The translations under genes were made by a program, and so were the position numbers. 64,000 nucleotides of DNA from positions 1,238 to 65,237 of the forward strand of contig JBGZEX010000075.1 of NCBI GenBank assembly GCA_041846495.1, read 5' to 3'. A model generated the notes under the pieces. The model saw only the letters and a program-made list of their open reading frames with translations. It did not search any database and was not told where the DNA came from. Origin of the DNA: Marinifilaceae bacterium. Its GTDB lineage: Bacteria > Bacteroidota > Bacteroidia > Bacteroidales > Marinifilaceae. The first letter of the stretch is position 1, and every line of letters begins with the position of its first letter. Below are positions 19,313 to 28,592 of this stretch, piece after piece.

Positions 19313-19525
19313 TTATTGTTGTTTGTTTGTCAATATCTCCAAAACATGTTCGCTTTTGGCTTTGGAATCCTTGAAGTTTTTTGTTAAATAATTCGGCATA
19401 AGCAGGAATTTAAAAACAAAGAACATGATGATGAGCTTGATGAATACGATAAGCCATAGCGTTTTCCCCCATTGTGGCATGTTTTTAAATCCGCTATAAT
19501 ATAAATCCCAAATTCTTTTCAACAT
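19313..19525 (-). CDS. DUF4492-like small membrane protein of the cyd operon
   Basis: 70 aa with a single TM helix, 6 nt upstream of cydA on the same strand. This arrangement is typical of Bacteroidota cyd operons. Confidence 0.6.
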   Translation of the reverse strand: MLKRIWDLYYSGFKNMPQWGKTLWLIVFIKLIIMFFVFKFLLMPNYLTKNFKDSKAKSEHVLEILTNKQQ

Positions 19526-19667
19526 GATTAAAAGTTTGAAATTTTATCTTCCATAGCTTTTAAGCGAAAATAAAAGATTTGTTTTCTGTGTTAAATATAA
19601 ATAATTATGCCGAAATTTTATTCGACTTCCAATAAATTATTAATTTTATCGGACTAATTCGGACTTC

Positions 19668-20768
19668 ATGAAAGGAATCGGGAAATTTATAATGGGAGGA
19701 TTGATATTGGCAATCGTCGCATTTTTTTGTTGGTATTTTTCGGACATCATCATATATATATTGATTGCCGTAGTTATTTCCATATTGGGACGTCCGCTAA
19801 TGGAGCTTTTGGGATATTTGAGATTTAAAGGTATAAAACTGAGCGAAGGCTTAAAAGCTGCCATTACGCTGATTTTTATATGGACCGTATTCGCCATGCT
19901 GTTTTATTCCCTGATCCCTCTTTTGGTGAATGAGTTCTCTTCTCTGAGTAAAGTGGATTTTACGGTTGTTGCCGTACGTTTGGAAGCTCCGTTGGAGTAT
20001 ATTTCTTCCAAATTGAGAGAATTCGGAATGTTGGATGAAGGCCGGGATTTTAAAGCCTATTTGGCGGAATCCATAGCGTCCGTATTTCAACTCAATATGT
20101 TGAAATCTTTTTCGGCTTCGTTGGTGAATTTTATTTCGAATTTGGCCGTAGCCCTTTTTTCGATTACCTTTATCGCTTTTTTCTTCCTTAAGGAAAAAAA
20201 ACTTTTTCTGCGCATTTTATTGGCGATTATCCCCGAAAAGCATTCGGAGGGAGTGAGGAATACATTGAATTCCGTTCAACCTCTTTTGATCCGCTATTTT
20301 GTGGGAATCCTTATACAGACGACTTGTGTGGCCGTATTGAATACATTCGGATTGTGGATTATAGGCCTCGATTTTTCCCATGCCGTCGTAATAGGTATCG
20401 TTACGGGCATATTGAATCTCATCCCTTATATAGGACCTCTTATCGGAGCTGCTTTCGGTTTGCTGATAGGGCTTATACTTCATATCAACGATCCGATGAC
20501 GATACTTATGTCGGAATTGATTTATATGATTATCGTATTCAGCATAACGGCCTTGATCGACAATACGGTATTGCAGCCTTTAATATACGGCAACAGCGTA
20601 TACGCCCACCCTTTGGAGATATTTATCGTAATCCTTATTGCCGGAAGTTTGGCGGGGATTCCCGGTATGATATTGGCCATACCGGGATATACCGTAGTGA
20701 GGGTTATTCTAAAGGAATTCTTTGCAGACCGCCGTATCGTCAAATCGCTTACCCGCAGGCTCGATTAG
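19668..20768 (+). CDS. AI-2E family transporter (PerM/UPF0118)
   Basis: 366 aa, about 8 TM helices. LNLIPYIGPLIGA motif. Confidence 0.8.
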   Translation: MKGIGKFIMGGLILAIVAFFCWYFSDIIIYILIAVVISILGRPLMELLGYLRFKGIKLSEGLKAAITLIFIWTVFAMLFYSLIPLLVNEFSSLSKVDFTVVAVRLEAPLEYISSKLREFGMLDEGRDFKAYLAESIASVFQLNMLKSFSASLVNFISNLAVALFSITFIAFFFLKEKKLFLRILLAIIPEKHSEGVRNTLNSVQPLLIRYFVGILIQTTCVAVLNTFGLWIIGLDFSHAVVIGIVTGILNLIPYIGPLIGAAFGLLIGLILHINDPMTILMSELIYMIIVFSITALIDNTVLQPLIYGNSVYAHPLEIFIVILIAGSLAGIPGMILAIPGYTVVRVILKEFFADRRIVKSLTRRLD

Positions 20769-20772
20769 AAGA

Positions 20773-23199
20773 TTATTTATGTCGGTTGTGAAGCAGCGCA
20801 TTGTCGATTACTTCCGAGATATTGTCCACATATATGAATTTCAGTCCTTTGATGTAAGTTTTGTGGATTTCTTCTATGTCTTTGCGATTGGCCGAGCATA
20901 AGATGACAGTTTTTATTCCGGCCCGTTTGGCAGCCAATATCTTTTCTTTTATGCCTCCTACCGGCAGAATTTTTCCTTTAAGGGTGATTTCTCCCGTCAT
21001 GGCAACGGCTTTTTTTACCCGTTTCCCCGTGATTGTCGAAACCAGTGAAGTGACCATGGTGACTCCTGCCGAAGGCCCGTCTTTAGGAACGGCTCCGCTC
21101 GGTACGTGAATGTGGAAGTGTTTTTCTCCGAAGATTTTTTCGTCTATACCGAGTTCTTGTGCATGAGATTTTATATACTCCAATGCAATGGACGCGGATT
21201 CCTTCATTACTTCTCCCAAATTACCCGTAAGAGATAATTCTCCTTTTCCGGAACTTATGCTCGATTCGACAAAGAGAACTTCTCCGCCTACCGATGTCCA
21301 TGCAAGCCCGGTGACTACGCCCGGAATCTCATTGCCCTGGTATTCTTCCCGTATGAAGATGGGAGCGCCTAAATAATCTTTGATATCTTTTACGTCTATC
21401 GTTATGGCGTATTTTTTGTCGGAAGCCACTTCTCGCGCTACTTGTCGCATTATTTTTGCAAGGGTCATATCCAAATTCCGGACCCCGGATTCCCGGGTAT
21501 ATTTATCGATAATATATTCGATTGCCTCATCCGTAAGTTGCATATTTCCCGCTTTCAATCCGTGAGCTTCCAATTGTTTCGGAATGAGATGCCTTTTGGC
21601 GATTTCTCTTTTTTCGTCCATCACATAGCCTCCCACTTCTATGAGTTCCATCCTGTCGCGTAAAGGAGGCGCTATGGTGCTCAAATCGTTGGCCGTTGCG
21701 ATAAACATTACCTTGGAAAGGTCGTAGTCGATATCCAAAAAGTTGTCGTGGAAGTTGGTGTTTTGTTCCGGGTCCAATACCTCCAAAAGTGCGGATTGAG
21801 GATCTCCTCTGAAATCGCTTCCCACCTTGTCGATCTCGTCCAGCATGAATACGGGATTCGAACTTTCCGCTTTTTTGATGTTTTGGAGAATGCGTCCCAG
21901 CATGGCTCCTACATAAGTTTTGCGGTGGCCTCTGATTTCCGACTCGTCATGAAGACCGCCGAGAGACATGCGTACGAATTTTCGATTTATGGCATCGGCA
22001 ATCGAACGTCCTAAGGAGGTCTTCCCCACTCCCGGAGGTCCGTAAAGACAAAGAATGGGAGATTTCATATCCGCCCTCAGTTTAAGCACTGCCAAATATT
22101 CGATAATCCTTTTTTTTACTTTATCGAGGCCGTAATGATCTCTGTCGAGTATGCGTTGGGCATGTTTTAGGTTGAGGTTGTCTTTGGTGTAGGTTTCCCA
22201 CGGGAGTTCCAGCATTTCCCGGAGATAATTGGATTGAACGAAATAATCCGCAGCTGCAGGATTCAGACGTTTCAATTTGTTGAGCTCTTTGTCGAATATT
22301 TTCGCAACCTCTTCATTCCATTTTTTCGTTTGGGCCACTTCTTCCAATTCCCGGATCTCCTCGTCTATGGGATTCCCTCCCAACTCGTCCTGTATGGTTT
22401 TCATCTGCTGATGGAGGAAGTATTCCCGTTGCTGCTTGTCGATATCCGTTTTTACCTTTTTCTGAATATCGTGTTTTAATTCCAGAATACTCACCTGCTG
22501 GCTTAATATTTCCAAGAGTTTTAAGGCTCTCGTTTTTAAATCGTCTATTTCCAAAAGCGCCTGTTTGCTTTTATAATCCACATCGGTATTCGAGGAGATA
22601 TAGTTGATAAGGAAAAACATGTTTTCGATATTCCTTAAAGCGAAACCGGCTTCGTTGGGGATGTTGCCGGAGTATTTTATGAGTTTGGCCGTCATATCCC
22701 TTAAAGATTCGCTTATCGCTTTATAATCCGGAGAGTCCTCATCCGGACGTTCCTCGACTTTCAATACGATTTTACCGGTATTATAAGGAGCATCGTATAG
22801 AATGTCTTCGAGAAAAAAACGCCGTTTCCCCTGTAAAATAGCAGCCGTGGAACCATCGGGCATTTCCAATATCTTAATGACGGAGGCTGCCGTACCTACC
22901 CGGTATAAATCCTCTATGCCCGGTTCCTCCGCATTCAAATCTTTTTGGGCTATTACTCCTATGGGAATATTGTTTTTGTAAGCATTTTTTACAAGTACCA
23001 GAGATTTTTTCCGGCTTACGGTTACGGGTATAATGACTCCCGGAAACAAAACGGTATTCCGAATAGGTAAAATCGGTATCGTTTCGGGAATGTCCTGCTG
23101 ATTATCCATAAGGTCTTTTTCGTCTCCGATTACGGAAATAAAATCGGCCGAATCTCCGTTTGCATCCGTAAAAAGGTCTTTTATGTTGATGATGGGCAT
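20773..23199 (-). CDS. lon: ATP-dependent Lon protease (endopeptidase La)
   Basis: Walker A GPPGVGKTS. Catalytic PKDGPSAGV Ser and downstream Lys. Start placed at MPIINIK (ATG 23199). The ORF track extends to 23265. Confidence 0.95.
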   Translation of the reverse strand: MPIINIKDLFTDANGDSADFISVIGDEKDLMDNQQDIPETIPILPIRNTVLFPGVIIPVTVSRKKSLVLVKNAYKNNIPIGVIAQKDLNAEEPGIEDLYRVGTAASVIKILEMPDGSTAAILQGKRRFFLEDILYDAPYNTGKIVLKVEERPDEDSPDYKAISESLRDMTAKLIKYSGNIPNEAGFALRNIENMFFLINYISSNTDVDYKSKQALLEIDDLKTRALKLLEILSQQVSILELKHDIQKKVKTDIDKQQREYFLHQQMKTIQDELGGNPIDEEIRELEEVAQTKKWNEEVAKIFDKELNKLKRLNPAAADYFVQSNYLREMLELPWETYTKDNLNLKHAQRILDRDHYGLDKVKKRIIEYLAVLKLRADMKSPILCLYGPPGVGKTSLGRSIADAINRKFVRMSLGGLHDESEIRGHRKTYVGAMLGRILQNIKKAESSNPVFMLDEIDKVGSDFRGDPQSALLEVLDPEQNTNFHDNFLDIDYDLSKVMFIATANDLSTIAPPLRDRMELIEVGGYVMDEKREIAKRHLIPKQLEAHGLKAGNMQLTDEAIEYIIDKYTRESGVRNLDMTLAKIMRQVAREVASDKKYAITIDVKDIKDYLGAPIFIREEYQGNEIPGVVTGLAWTSVGGEVLFVESSISSGKGELSLTGNLGEVMKESASIALEYIKSHAQELGIDEKIFGEKHFHIHVPSGAVPKDGPSAGVTMVTSLVSTITGKRVKKAVAMTGEITLKGKILPVGGIKEKILAAKRAGIKTVILCSANRKDIEEIHKTYIKGLKFIYVDNISEVIDNALLHNRHK

Positions 23200-23281
23200 A
23201 ATGTATTTTACTTTAATAGAATATGTCAATATGGCATAATTGCACTTATTATCAACCCAAAACAAATATTATGCCAAAGAA

Positions 23282-24061
23282 TCACCAACTGCCACCGGCA
23301 CCTCCTCCTCCGAAAGAGCCTCCTCCGAATCCCCCGAAAGAACTCCCTCCGGAAAAACTTCCGAATCCCCCGAAGGAGCCTCCTTTGGAAGTCCTTCCGA
23401 AAGTGGGCCCCCTCCCGAAACTGATAGGGCCTTCAAATCCGCCGTTATTTCCCTTTTTCGAGAGAGTGCGAATAATATAGATGAAAACGAGGAACCCGAC
23501 GAGGATAAGCACGGTATTACCATCGGATTTGCCTTTTGTCGAATGGAATTCTCCTTTGACGGCTTCGATTATTTTATCTGTTCCGGCCTCTATTCCTTTA
23601 TAATAACTTCCGGCTTTGAATTCGGGCAGGATATGGTCTCTGATGATGCGATTGACTACGGCATCGGGCAAAGCTCCTTCGAGTCCGTAGCCGGTGGCGA
23701 TGAATATTTCTCCCTTCGATTCGGAAGTTCCCGGTTTTATAAGCATCATAATGCCGTTATCCTTCCCTTTTTGGCCGACACCCCACTCTTCGGCCAAGCG
23801 TTGGGCATAGTCGGATATGGGATAACCGTAAATGTCTTTAACGGAGACAACGGAAATTTGAGTAGAGGTGGAATCGTGGAAACGGAGTAATTTAGCCTCG
23901 ATATTATCGGCTTCTTCCTCGGATAAAATTTTTGCAAAATCGTTTACTAACCGCGGAGGTTTCATGGGAGAAGGAAAATCCTGAGAAAAAACGTATCGCG
24001 GGATAAATAATACGGATAGCGTACAAACGCAACCGAACAGGAAGGAAAATCGTTTTGTCAT
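23282..24061 (-). CDS. TPM-domain protein (YgcG-like) with TM helix and Gly-rich C-terminal tail
   Basis: Signal/TM N-terminus, TPM-like core, TM helix, and a tail GGSFGGFGSFSGGSSFGGFGGGSFGGGGAGGSW. Start chosen at ATG 24061, 1 nt after the upstream stop. Confidence 0.7.
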   Translation of the reverse strand: MTKRFSFLFGCVCTLSVLFIPRYVFSQDFPSPMKPPRLVNDFAKILSEEEADNIEAKLLRFHDSTSTQISVVSVKDIYGYPISDYAQRLAEEWGVGQKGKDNGIMMLIKPGTSESKGEIFIATGYGLEGALPDAVVNRIIRDHILPEFKAGSYYKGIEAGTDKIIEAVKGEFHSTKGKSDGNTVLILVGFLVFIYIIRTLSKKGNNGGFEGPISFGRGPTFGRTSKGGSFGGFGSFSGGSSFGGFGGGSFGGGGAGGSW

Positions 24062-24062
24062 T

Positions 24063-24500
24063 TTATTTTTCGAATGATATTTCATCGGATAATTCGTTTT
24101 TATCATCGTCCCGATACGGGAAATGGATTTTGAGTTTTTCTCCCGTAAGACCGATGGCATCGCATATACCTTCGGTTATATGTCCTTTCCGGAAGAAATC
24201 GATCATCCTTTCCTTTACGTCTTCCCAGAAATTCGCTTCTACGCATCCGTCGATACCGGAATCCCCGATAATAGCGACTTTGCGATCGTCTAACGACAGG
24301 TAAATGAGAACTCCGTTTTTAGCTTCGGTTTCGGACATCCCTAAGCGCATGAATATTTCATAGGCCTGTTCCAAAACCGGTTTCGGGCATTTATTGTCGA
24401 TATGCACCCTGATTTCCCCCGATGTCTGTTTTTCCGCATTTCGGATAGCTGACATAATGTCGGTTATCTCTTTTTTGGAAAATCTTGTTTTTGCATTCAT
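24063..24500 (-). CDS. TPM-domain protein (putative phosphatase)
   Basis: 145 aa, cytoplasmic-type TPM domain, in an operon between lemA and the YgcG-like gene. Confidence 0.65.
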   Translation of the reverse strand: MNAKTRFSKKEITDIMSAIRNAEKQTSGEIRVHIDNKCPKPVLEQAYEIFMRLGMSETEAKNGVLIYLSLDDRKVAIIGDSGIDGCVEANFWEDVKERMIDFFRKGHITEGICDAIGLTGEKLKIHFPYRDDDKNELSDEISFEK

Positions 24501-24501
24501 G

Positions 24502-25083
24502 TCAGAAATTTACTTCGGGGGCTTTTCCCGCTCCTGTTACAGTCGTAAAATACGGTTTGTTTTTAAATCCGAATACGGAGGCAAAAATATTTTGCGGGAA
24601 ACGTTTTATAAAAAAGTTGTAATTTTTTGCCGTTTCGTTGAATTTTCTCCGTTCCACTGAAATTCTATTTTCCGTTCCCTCTAACTGTGCTTGAAGTTCG
24701 AGAAAGTTCCGGTTGGCTTTGAGATCCGGATACCGCTCTACTACGACCATCAATCGAGAGAGTGCGGAGGATAATTCTTGCTGAATGCCGTTTATTTTAT
24801 TCATTGAAACTTCATCGAGACCGGAAAAATCGATTTTTGTTTGAGAGGTATTGGCTCGTGCTTCGATTACGGCCTCTAAAGTTTCTTTTTCGTGGGCTGC
24901 ATACCCTTTTACGGTATTGACTAAATTGGGAATGAGATCCAGTCGGCGCTGGTATTGATTTTCGACGTTCGACCATTGAGCCGATACGGTTTCCGCTTTT
25001 TCTACCATAGAGTTATAAGTGCTTTTACCCCATAGGAATATTCCCAAGACGATAATAATGGTAATAATCAAACTTTTTTTCAT
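24502..25083 (-). CDS. lemA: LemA family protein
   Basis: 193 aa. N-terminal TM helix. YNSMV..W.NVENQYQRRLDLIPNLV motif. Confidence 0.85.
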   Translation of the reverse strand: MKKSLIITIIIVLGIFLWGKSTYNSMVEKAETVSAQWSNVENQYQRRLDLIPNLVNTVKGYAAHEKETLEAVIEARANTSQTKIDFSGLDEVSMNKINGIQQELSSALSRLMVVVERYPDLKANRNFLELQAQLEGTENRISVERRKFNETAKNYNFFIKRFPQNIFASVFGFKNKPYFTTVTGAGKAPEVNF

Positions 25084-25109
25084 TGCTCTAATGTATTAAT
25101 TTTTATATG

Positions 25110-25117
25110 CAAAACTA
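25110..25117 (-). promoter_or_regulatory. Bacteroidota -7 promoter element (TAnnTTTG)
   Basis: The minus strand reads tagttttg, 27 nt upstream of the lemA ATG. Confidence 0.5.
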
Positions 25118-25249
25118 AATATTTTTTCGTATTAACCAATGTCGTTCGAGCAATATATGAGGGTGGCAATTTTTTGCAGGCATCGACGGCATCGCGTTAA
25201 TTTAATATTAAATAGAAAGTGTCGTATGGTTTTTTTTATTCGGCTGAGG

Positions 25250-25257
25250 TATATTTG
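25250..25257 (+). promoter_or_regulatory. Bacteroidota -7 promoter element (TAnnTTTG)
   Basis: tatatttg, 26 nt upstream of the ATG at 25283. Confidence 0.5.
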
Positions 25258-25282
25258 TTGATATTAAATCAATTTTGAAGTT

Positions 25283-25792
25283 ATGAAATTAAAGAAAATG
25301 TTTTTTATCGCTTTGATGTCCGTATTCGCATTTTCCAATATTGCGAATGCACAGCAGAGTGCGGAGTTGAAAGTCGGGGATGAATCTCCGAAATTCAGTT
25401 TCCCCGATGTAAAAGGGAATACGGTAAGTTCCGACGATTTCAAGGGCAAGTACGTATTCATCGACGTGTGGGCAAGTTGGTGTCCCCCCTGTCGCGGTCA
25501 ATTGCCCCATATGAAGGCATTGGAAGAAAAGATGCACGGGAAAAACATCGTTTTCGTGAGCATATCCGTTGATGAAAATGAGAAAGCTTGGAAAGATATG
25601 GTGGAGAAGGAATCTCTTACAGGTTATCAACTTCGTGCAAATATAGATACTCCTTTTATGAAGAAGTATAAAGTGAACGGCATTCCCCGTTTCATTCTAT
25701 TGGATAAAGAGGGTAAGATCATAAATCCGAATATGACGCGTCCTTCCCAGCCCGAGACTTTGAAAACACTCGAGGCTTTGAAGGGGATTTGA
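25283..25792 (+). CDS. TlpA-like thiol:disulfide oxidoreductase (thioredoxin fold, secreted)
   Basis: 169 aa. Signal peptide. WASWCPPC active-site CxxC. Confidence 0.8.
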   Translation: MKLKKMFFIALMSVFAFSNIANAQQSAELKVGDESPKFSFPDVKGNTVSSDDFKGKYVFIDVWASWCPPCRGQLPHMKALEEKMHGKNIVFVSISVDENEKAWKDMVEKESLTGYQLRANIDTPFMKKYKVNGIPRFILLDKEGKIINPNMTRPSQPETLKTLEALKGI

Positions 25793-25814
25793 TAAAAAAT
25801 AAGAAAAGACTTTG

Positions 25815-25847
25815 TCGGGGATAATCTTTAAGATTATCCCCGATTTT
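25815..25847 (+). terminator. Rho-independent terminator
   Basis: Near-perfect 14-nt inverted repeat tcggggataatctt/aagattatccccga followed by tttt. Confidence 0.8.
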
Positions 25848-25898
25848 GTTAGAATATTTAGTATCTTCGCCGAATTATTGAAAATTCAAACACGACTT

Positions 25899-27539
25899 AT
25901 GGAGGTTTTTCGACCGAAATTTTTTGATTTATTAAGAGACGGTTCCATTAAAAAAAGTTTTTCTAAGGACATTTTAGCCGGAATTGTCGTAGGTATCGTA
26001 GCGATACCTCTTGCGATAGCCTTTGCCGTAGCTTCGGGCGTTGCCCCGGGTAAAGGTATTATTACTGCGGTGATAGGCGGATTCATCATTTCTTTTTTGG
26101 GAGGAAGCCGTGTACAGATAGGAGGGCCTACGGGGGCTTTTATCGTAATCGTATTCGGCATTATTCAGGAATACGGTATGGGCGGAATGATGATGGCGAC
26201 GGTTATGGCCGGTATTATTCTCATATGTTTCGGACTTCTGCGATTGGGTACTTTGCTGAAATATATTCCGCATCCTCTTATCGTAGGTTTTACTTCCGGT
26301 ATTGCCGTAGTTATTCTTACGACTCAGATTCCCGCAGCTTTAGGACTTCAAACAGGGGAGCTTCCCGGTAGTTTTATAGGGAAATGGGGGGCATATTTAA
26401 AAAATGCGGGGAGTCTTAATTTTTTTGCAGCGGGGACGACCCTTCTTACGATATTGATTATTTTATTGACGCCTAAAATAACCCGTCGGATTCCGGGTTC
26501 TTTTTTGGCAATAGTATTGGTTACGCCTTTGGTGCATTTCTTGTTTCCCGGCTCGGTAGTCACTATAGGCAGTCTTTACGGAGATATAGGTTTTAGTTTT
26601 AATCCTGAGTTGCCCGCCGTCGATTGGGCGAATATCGGGAGCTATATCCAACCGGCTATAACGATAGCCATGTTAGGGGCTATAGAATCCTTGCTTTCCG
26701 CCGTCGTGGCCGATGGAATGATAGGAGACTCCCATCGTTCGAATACGGAATTGATAGCACAGGGTATCGCCAATGCGGTAGTTCCTTTTTTCGGAGGGAT
26801 TCCCGCTACCGGAGCCATAGCACGTACGGCCACCAATGTGAAAAACGGAGGACGTACGCCCCTTGCCGGAATGATGCATGCCGTTTTTTTATTGCTTATA
26901 ATGCTTTTTTTCGGGAATTGGGCTTCTCTGATACCGATGTCCTGTCTTGCCGGAATATTGATAGTCGTCGCTTATAATATGAGCGAATGGCGGAATTTCG
27001 TATCCGTATTGAAGGGATCTTTTTTCGATATAATCATATTGTTGATTACTTTTTTACTTACCGTATTGGTGGATCTTACCGTTGCAATTCAAATCGGTGT
27101 GGTTTTGGCCGCTTTGTTGTTTATGAAACGGATGGCGGATAATGCTCCGTCCGTTATAAATTCTTTGGATGAGGATGTAGCGGGAATATATAAAAATATT
27201 CCCGCCAATATCGGCATATATGAAATCAGCGGACCTTTCTTTTTTGCCTCGGCGAAGGTGTACTCGGAAACCATTCGGGAAATAGGCCTCGAATATCGAG
27301 TCGTCATCATAAGGATGCGTCACGTGCCTTTCGTAGATGCTACGGGAATCAAGAATTTGAAGGATACCGTGAAATTTCTTCGGTCCAAAGATACGAATAT
27401 AATATTGTCGGGAGTGAGAGCGGGAGTTAGAAAGGATTTGGATAAATTCGGAGTGTCTGAACTGGTGGGAGAAAACCGGATTTATTCTAAATTCGAAGAA
27501 GCTTTGGAGGCTGCTGTTCGCAGCTCGGAAGAGGTATGA
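25899..27539 (+). CDS. SulP family anion transporter with C-terminal STAS domain
   Basis: Start at ATG 25899 (MEVFRPKFFDLL). The TTG-initiated extension from 25812 would include the upstream terminator hairpin. Confidence 0.85.
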   Translation: MEVFRPKFFDLLRDGSIKKSFSKDILAGIVVGIVAIPLAIAFAVASGVAPGKGIITAVIGGFIISFLGGSRVQIGGPTGAFIVIVFGIIQEYGMGGMMMATVMAGIILICFGLLRLGTLLKYIPHPLIVGFTSGIAVVILTTQIPAALGLQTGELPGSFIGKWGAYLKNAGSLNFFAAGTTLLTILIILLTPKITRRIPGSFLAIVLVTPLVHFLFPGSVVTIGSLYGDIGFSFNPELPAVDWANIGSYIQPAITIAMLGAIESLLSAVVADGMIGDSHRSNTELIAQGIANAVVPFFGGIPATGAIARTATNVKNGGRTPLAGMMHAVFLLLIMLFFGNWASLIPMSCLAGILIVVAYNMSEWRNFVSVLKGSFFDIIILLITFLLTVLVDLTVAIQIGVVLAALLFMKRMADNAPSVINSLDEDVAGIYKNIPANIGIYEISGPFFFASAKVYSETIREIGLEYRVVIIRMRHVPFVDATGIKNLKDTVKFLRSKDTNIILSGVRAGVRKDLDKFGVSELVGENRIYSKFEEALEAAVRSSEEV

Positions 27540-27606
27540 ATCGAAGGGATTGAAGCCTACTTCTCAAATAAAATTCGATTTGTTTGGGATAAAGAGAAAA
27601 AAAACC

Positions 27607-27614
27607 TAATTTTG
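27607..27614 (+). promoter_or_regulatory. Bacteroidota -7 promoter element (TAnnTTTG)
   Basis: taattttg, 40 nt upstream of the rpmH ATG. Confidence 0.55.
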
Positions 27615-27653
27615 CAGTCCGAACTTTGGAGATAACGATAAAATGATAATACT

Positions 27654-27812
27654 ATGAAACGCACATTTCAACCCTCTAACAGAAAGAGAAGGAATAAACA
27701 CGGTTTTCGCGCCCGTATGGCAACGACGGGAGGTCGTTCGGTATTGGCAAGCAGAAGAGCCAAGGGCAGAAAGAAACTTACGGTATCCGACGAACACAGG
27801 CATAAAGCGTGA
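27654..27812 (+). CDS. rpmH: 50S ribosomal protein L34
   Basis: My own translation gives [52 protein letters not shown] (52 aa). It is below the ORF-track length cutoff. Confidence 0.92.
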   Translation: MKRTFQPSNRKRRNKHGFRARMATTGGRSVLASRRAKGRKKLTVSDEHRHKA

Positions 27813-27827
27813 ATTTTTAAGGTATAT

Positions 27828-27850
27828 GAGCTGCTTCGGCAGCTTTTTTA
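27828..27850 (+). terminator. Rho-independent terminator of rpmH
   Basis: gagctgc-ttcg-gcagct followed by tttttt. Confidence 0.8.
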
Positions 27851-27887
27851 ATGCTGTCATCTATCGGGCGTGAAGAATGGTGATTAT

Positions 27888-28592
27888 ATGAATGATTTCA
27901 GACGTCTTATCGGGAAGGCGAAGGATCGGTTGAATATATTGGAGGAAGAGGTCGATGTGGAAGTGTGCAAAGAGTATTTCGAGTTGGTGCGTCGAATTCC
28001 GGCCGGGAGTGACGAGTTCAAGAGGTTGAGCCGTACGTATGTTGAAAATATAAATGATCTTTTTTCCGATGACACGGGCATTGCGGAAAAGCAGCGGATG
28101 CTCGCGGTGCTTGCTCAATTGGCGGATGTTACGGTATACAGGACGTTGGAGTATTTTTCAAAACAGGATACTCCTCTGAAGGCTTGGGGTGTCGTTGCAC
28201 TTCAACAGGCCAGAATGTTGTTGTCCGCAACATTGCTCGACGAACAGGAGATATTCATATCTTCGGGATTGGGAGGTAAGGACGGTTGTTTGCGTTATTT
28301 TTGTGCATTTTCTTATAGAGAAGAGGGGGAGTTGCCCGAATTTCAGTATAAAACCCTTGTTAAAGAAACGGAATTGGCCCTTTCTTCCGCAGGAGGTGGA
28401 GCGGAGTCTTGGGAAACTATGAGCGGATTCGCTACGGTTATTGCTCTTTTGCCGGTAGATGCGGATATAAAGAGCATTTTCGATAAAATCATTTCGGAAT
28501 GTAATAATTACGGACAATTTCTTAAGGACAGAGTGATAATAACCAATGTGAAAAAACTATCCTATAAGGAATTGTCGGAAATATCGGATTAA
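27888..28592 (+). CDS. Hypothetical protein (no recognisable family)
   Basis: The ORF is about 234 aa from ATG 27888 (the track begins at GTG 27870). Coding-like composition, no motif I can assign. Its stop overlaps the obg stop in a TTAA. Confidence 0.5.
   Translation: MNDFRRLIGKAKDRLNILEEEVDVEVCKEYFELVRRIPAGSDEFKRLSRTYVENINDLFSDDTGIAEKQRMLAVLAQLADVTVYRTLEYFSKQDTPLKAWGVVALQQARMLLSATLLDEQEIFISSGLGGKDGCLRYFCAFSYREEGELPEFQYKTLVKETELALSSAGGGAESWETMSGFATVIALLPVDADIKSIFDKIISECNNYGQFLKDRVIITNVKKLSYKELSEISD

Noticed and set aside
23223-23890. Plus-strand ORFs encoding Pro-rich repeats (PPAPPPPKEPPPNPPKE...) that could pass for an extensin- or TonB-like protein
   Set aside because: They are the reverse-complement reading of the GGN-rich codons that encode the Gly-rich tail of the TPM/YgcG-like gene. 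The minus-strand gene has a coherent signal, TPM domain, TM helix and tail.
25812-25898. TTG-initiated N-terminal extension of the SulP transporter
   Set aside because: The extension would be translated through the 14-bp terminator hairpin of the upstream gene. The ATG at 25899 gives a typical SulP N-terminus.
27606-27860. 84-aa minus-strand ORF
   Set aside because: It is antisense to a textbook rpmH (L34) gene and spans the rpmH promoter and terminator.
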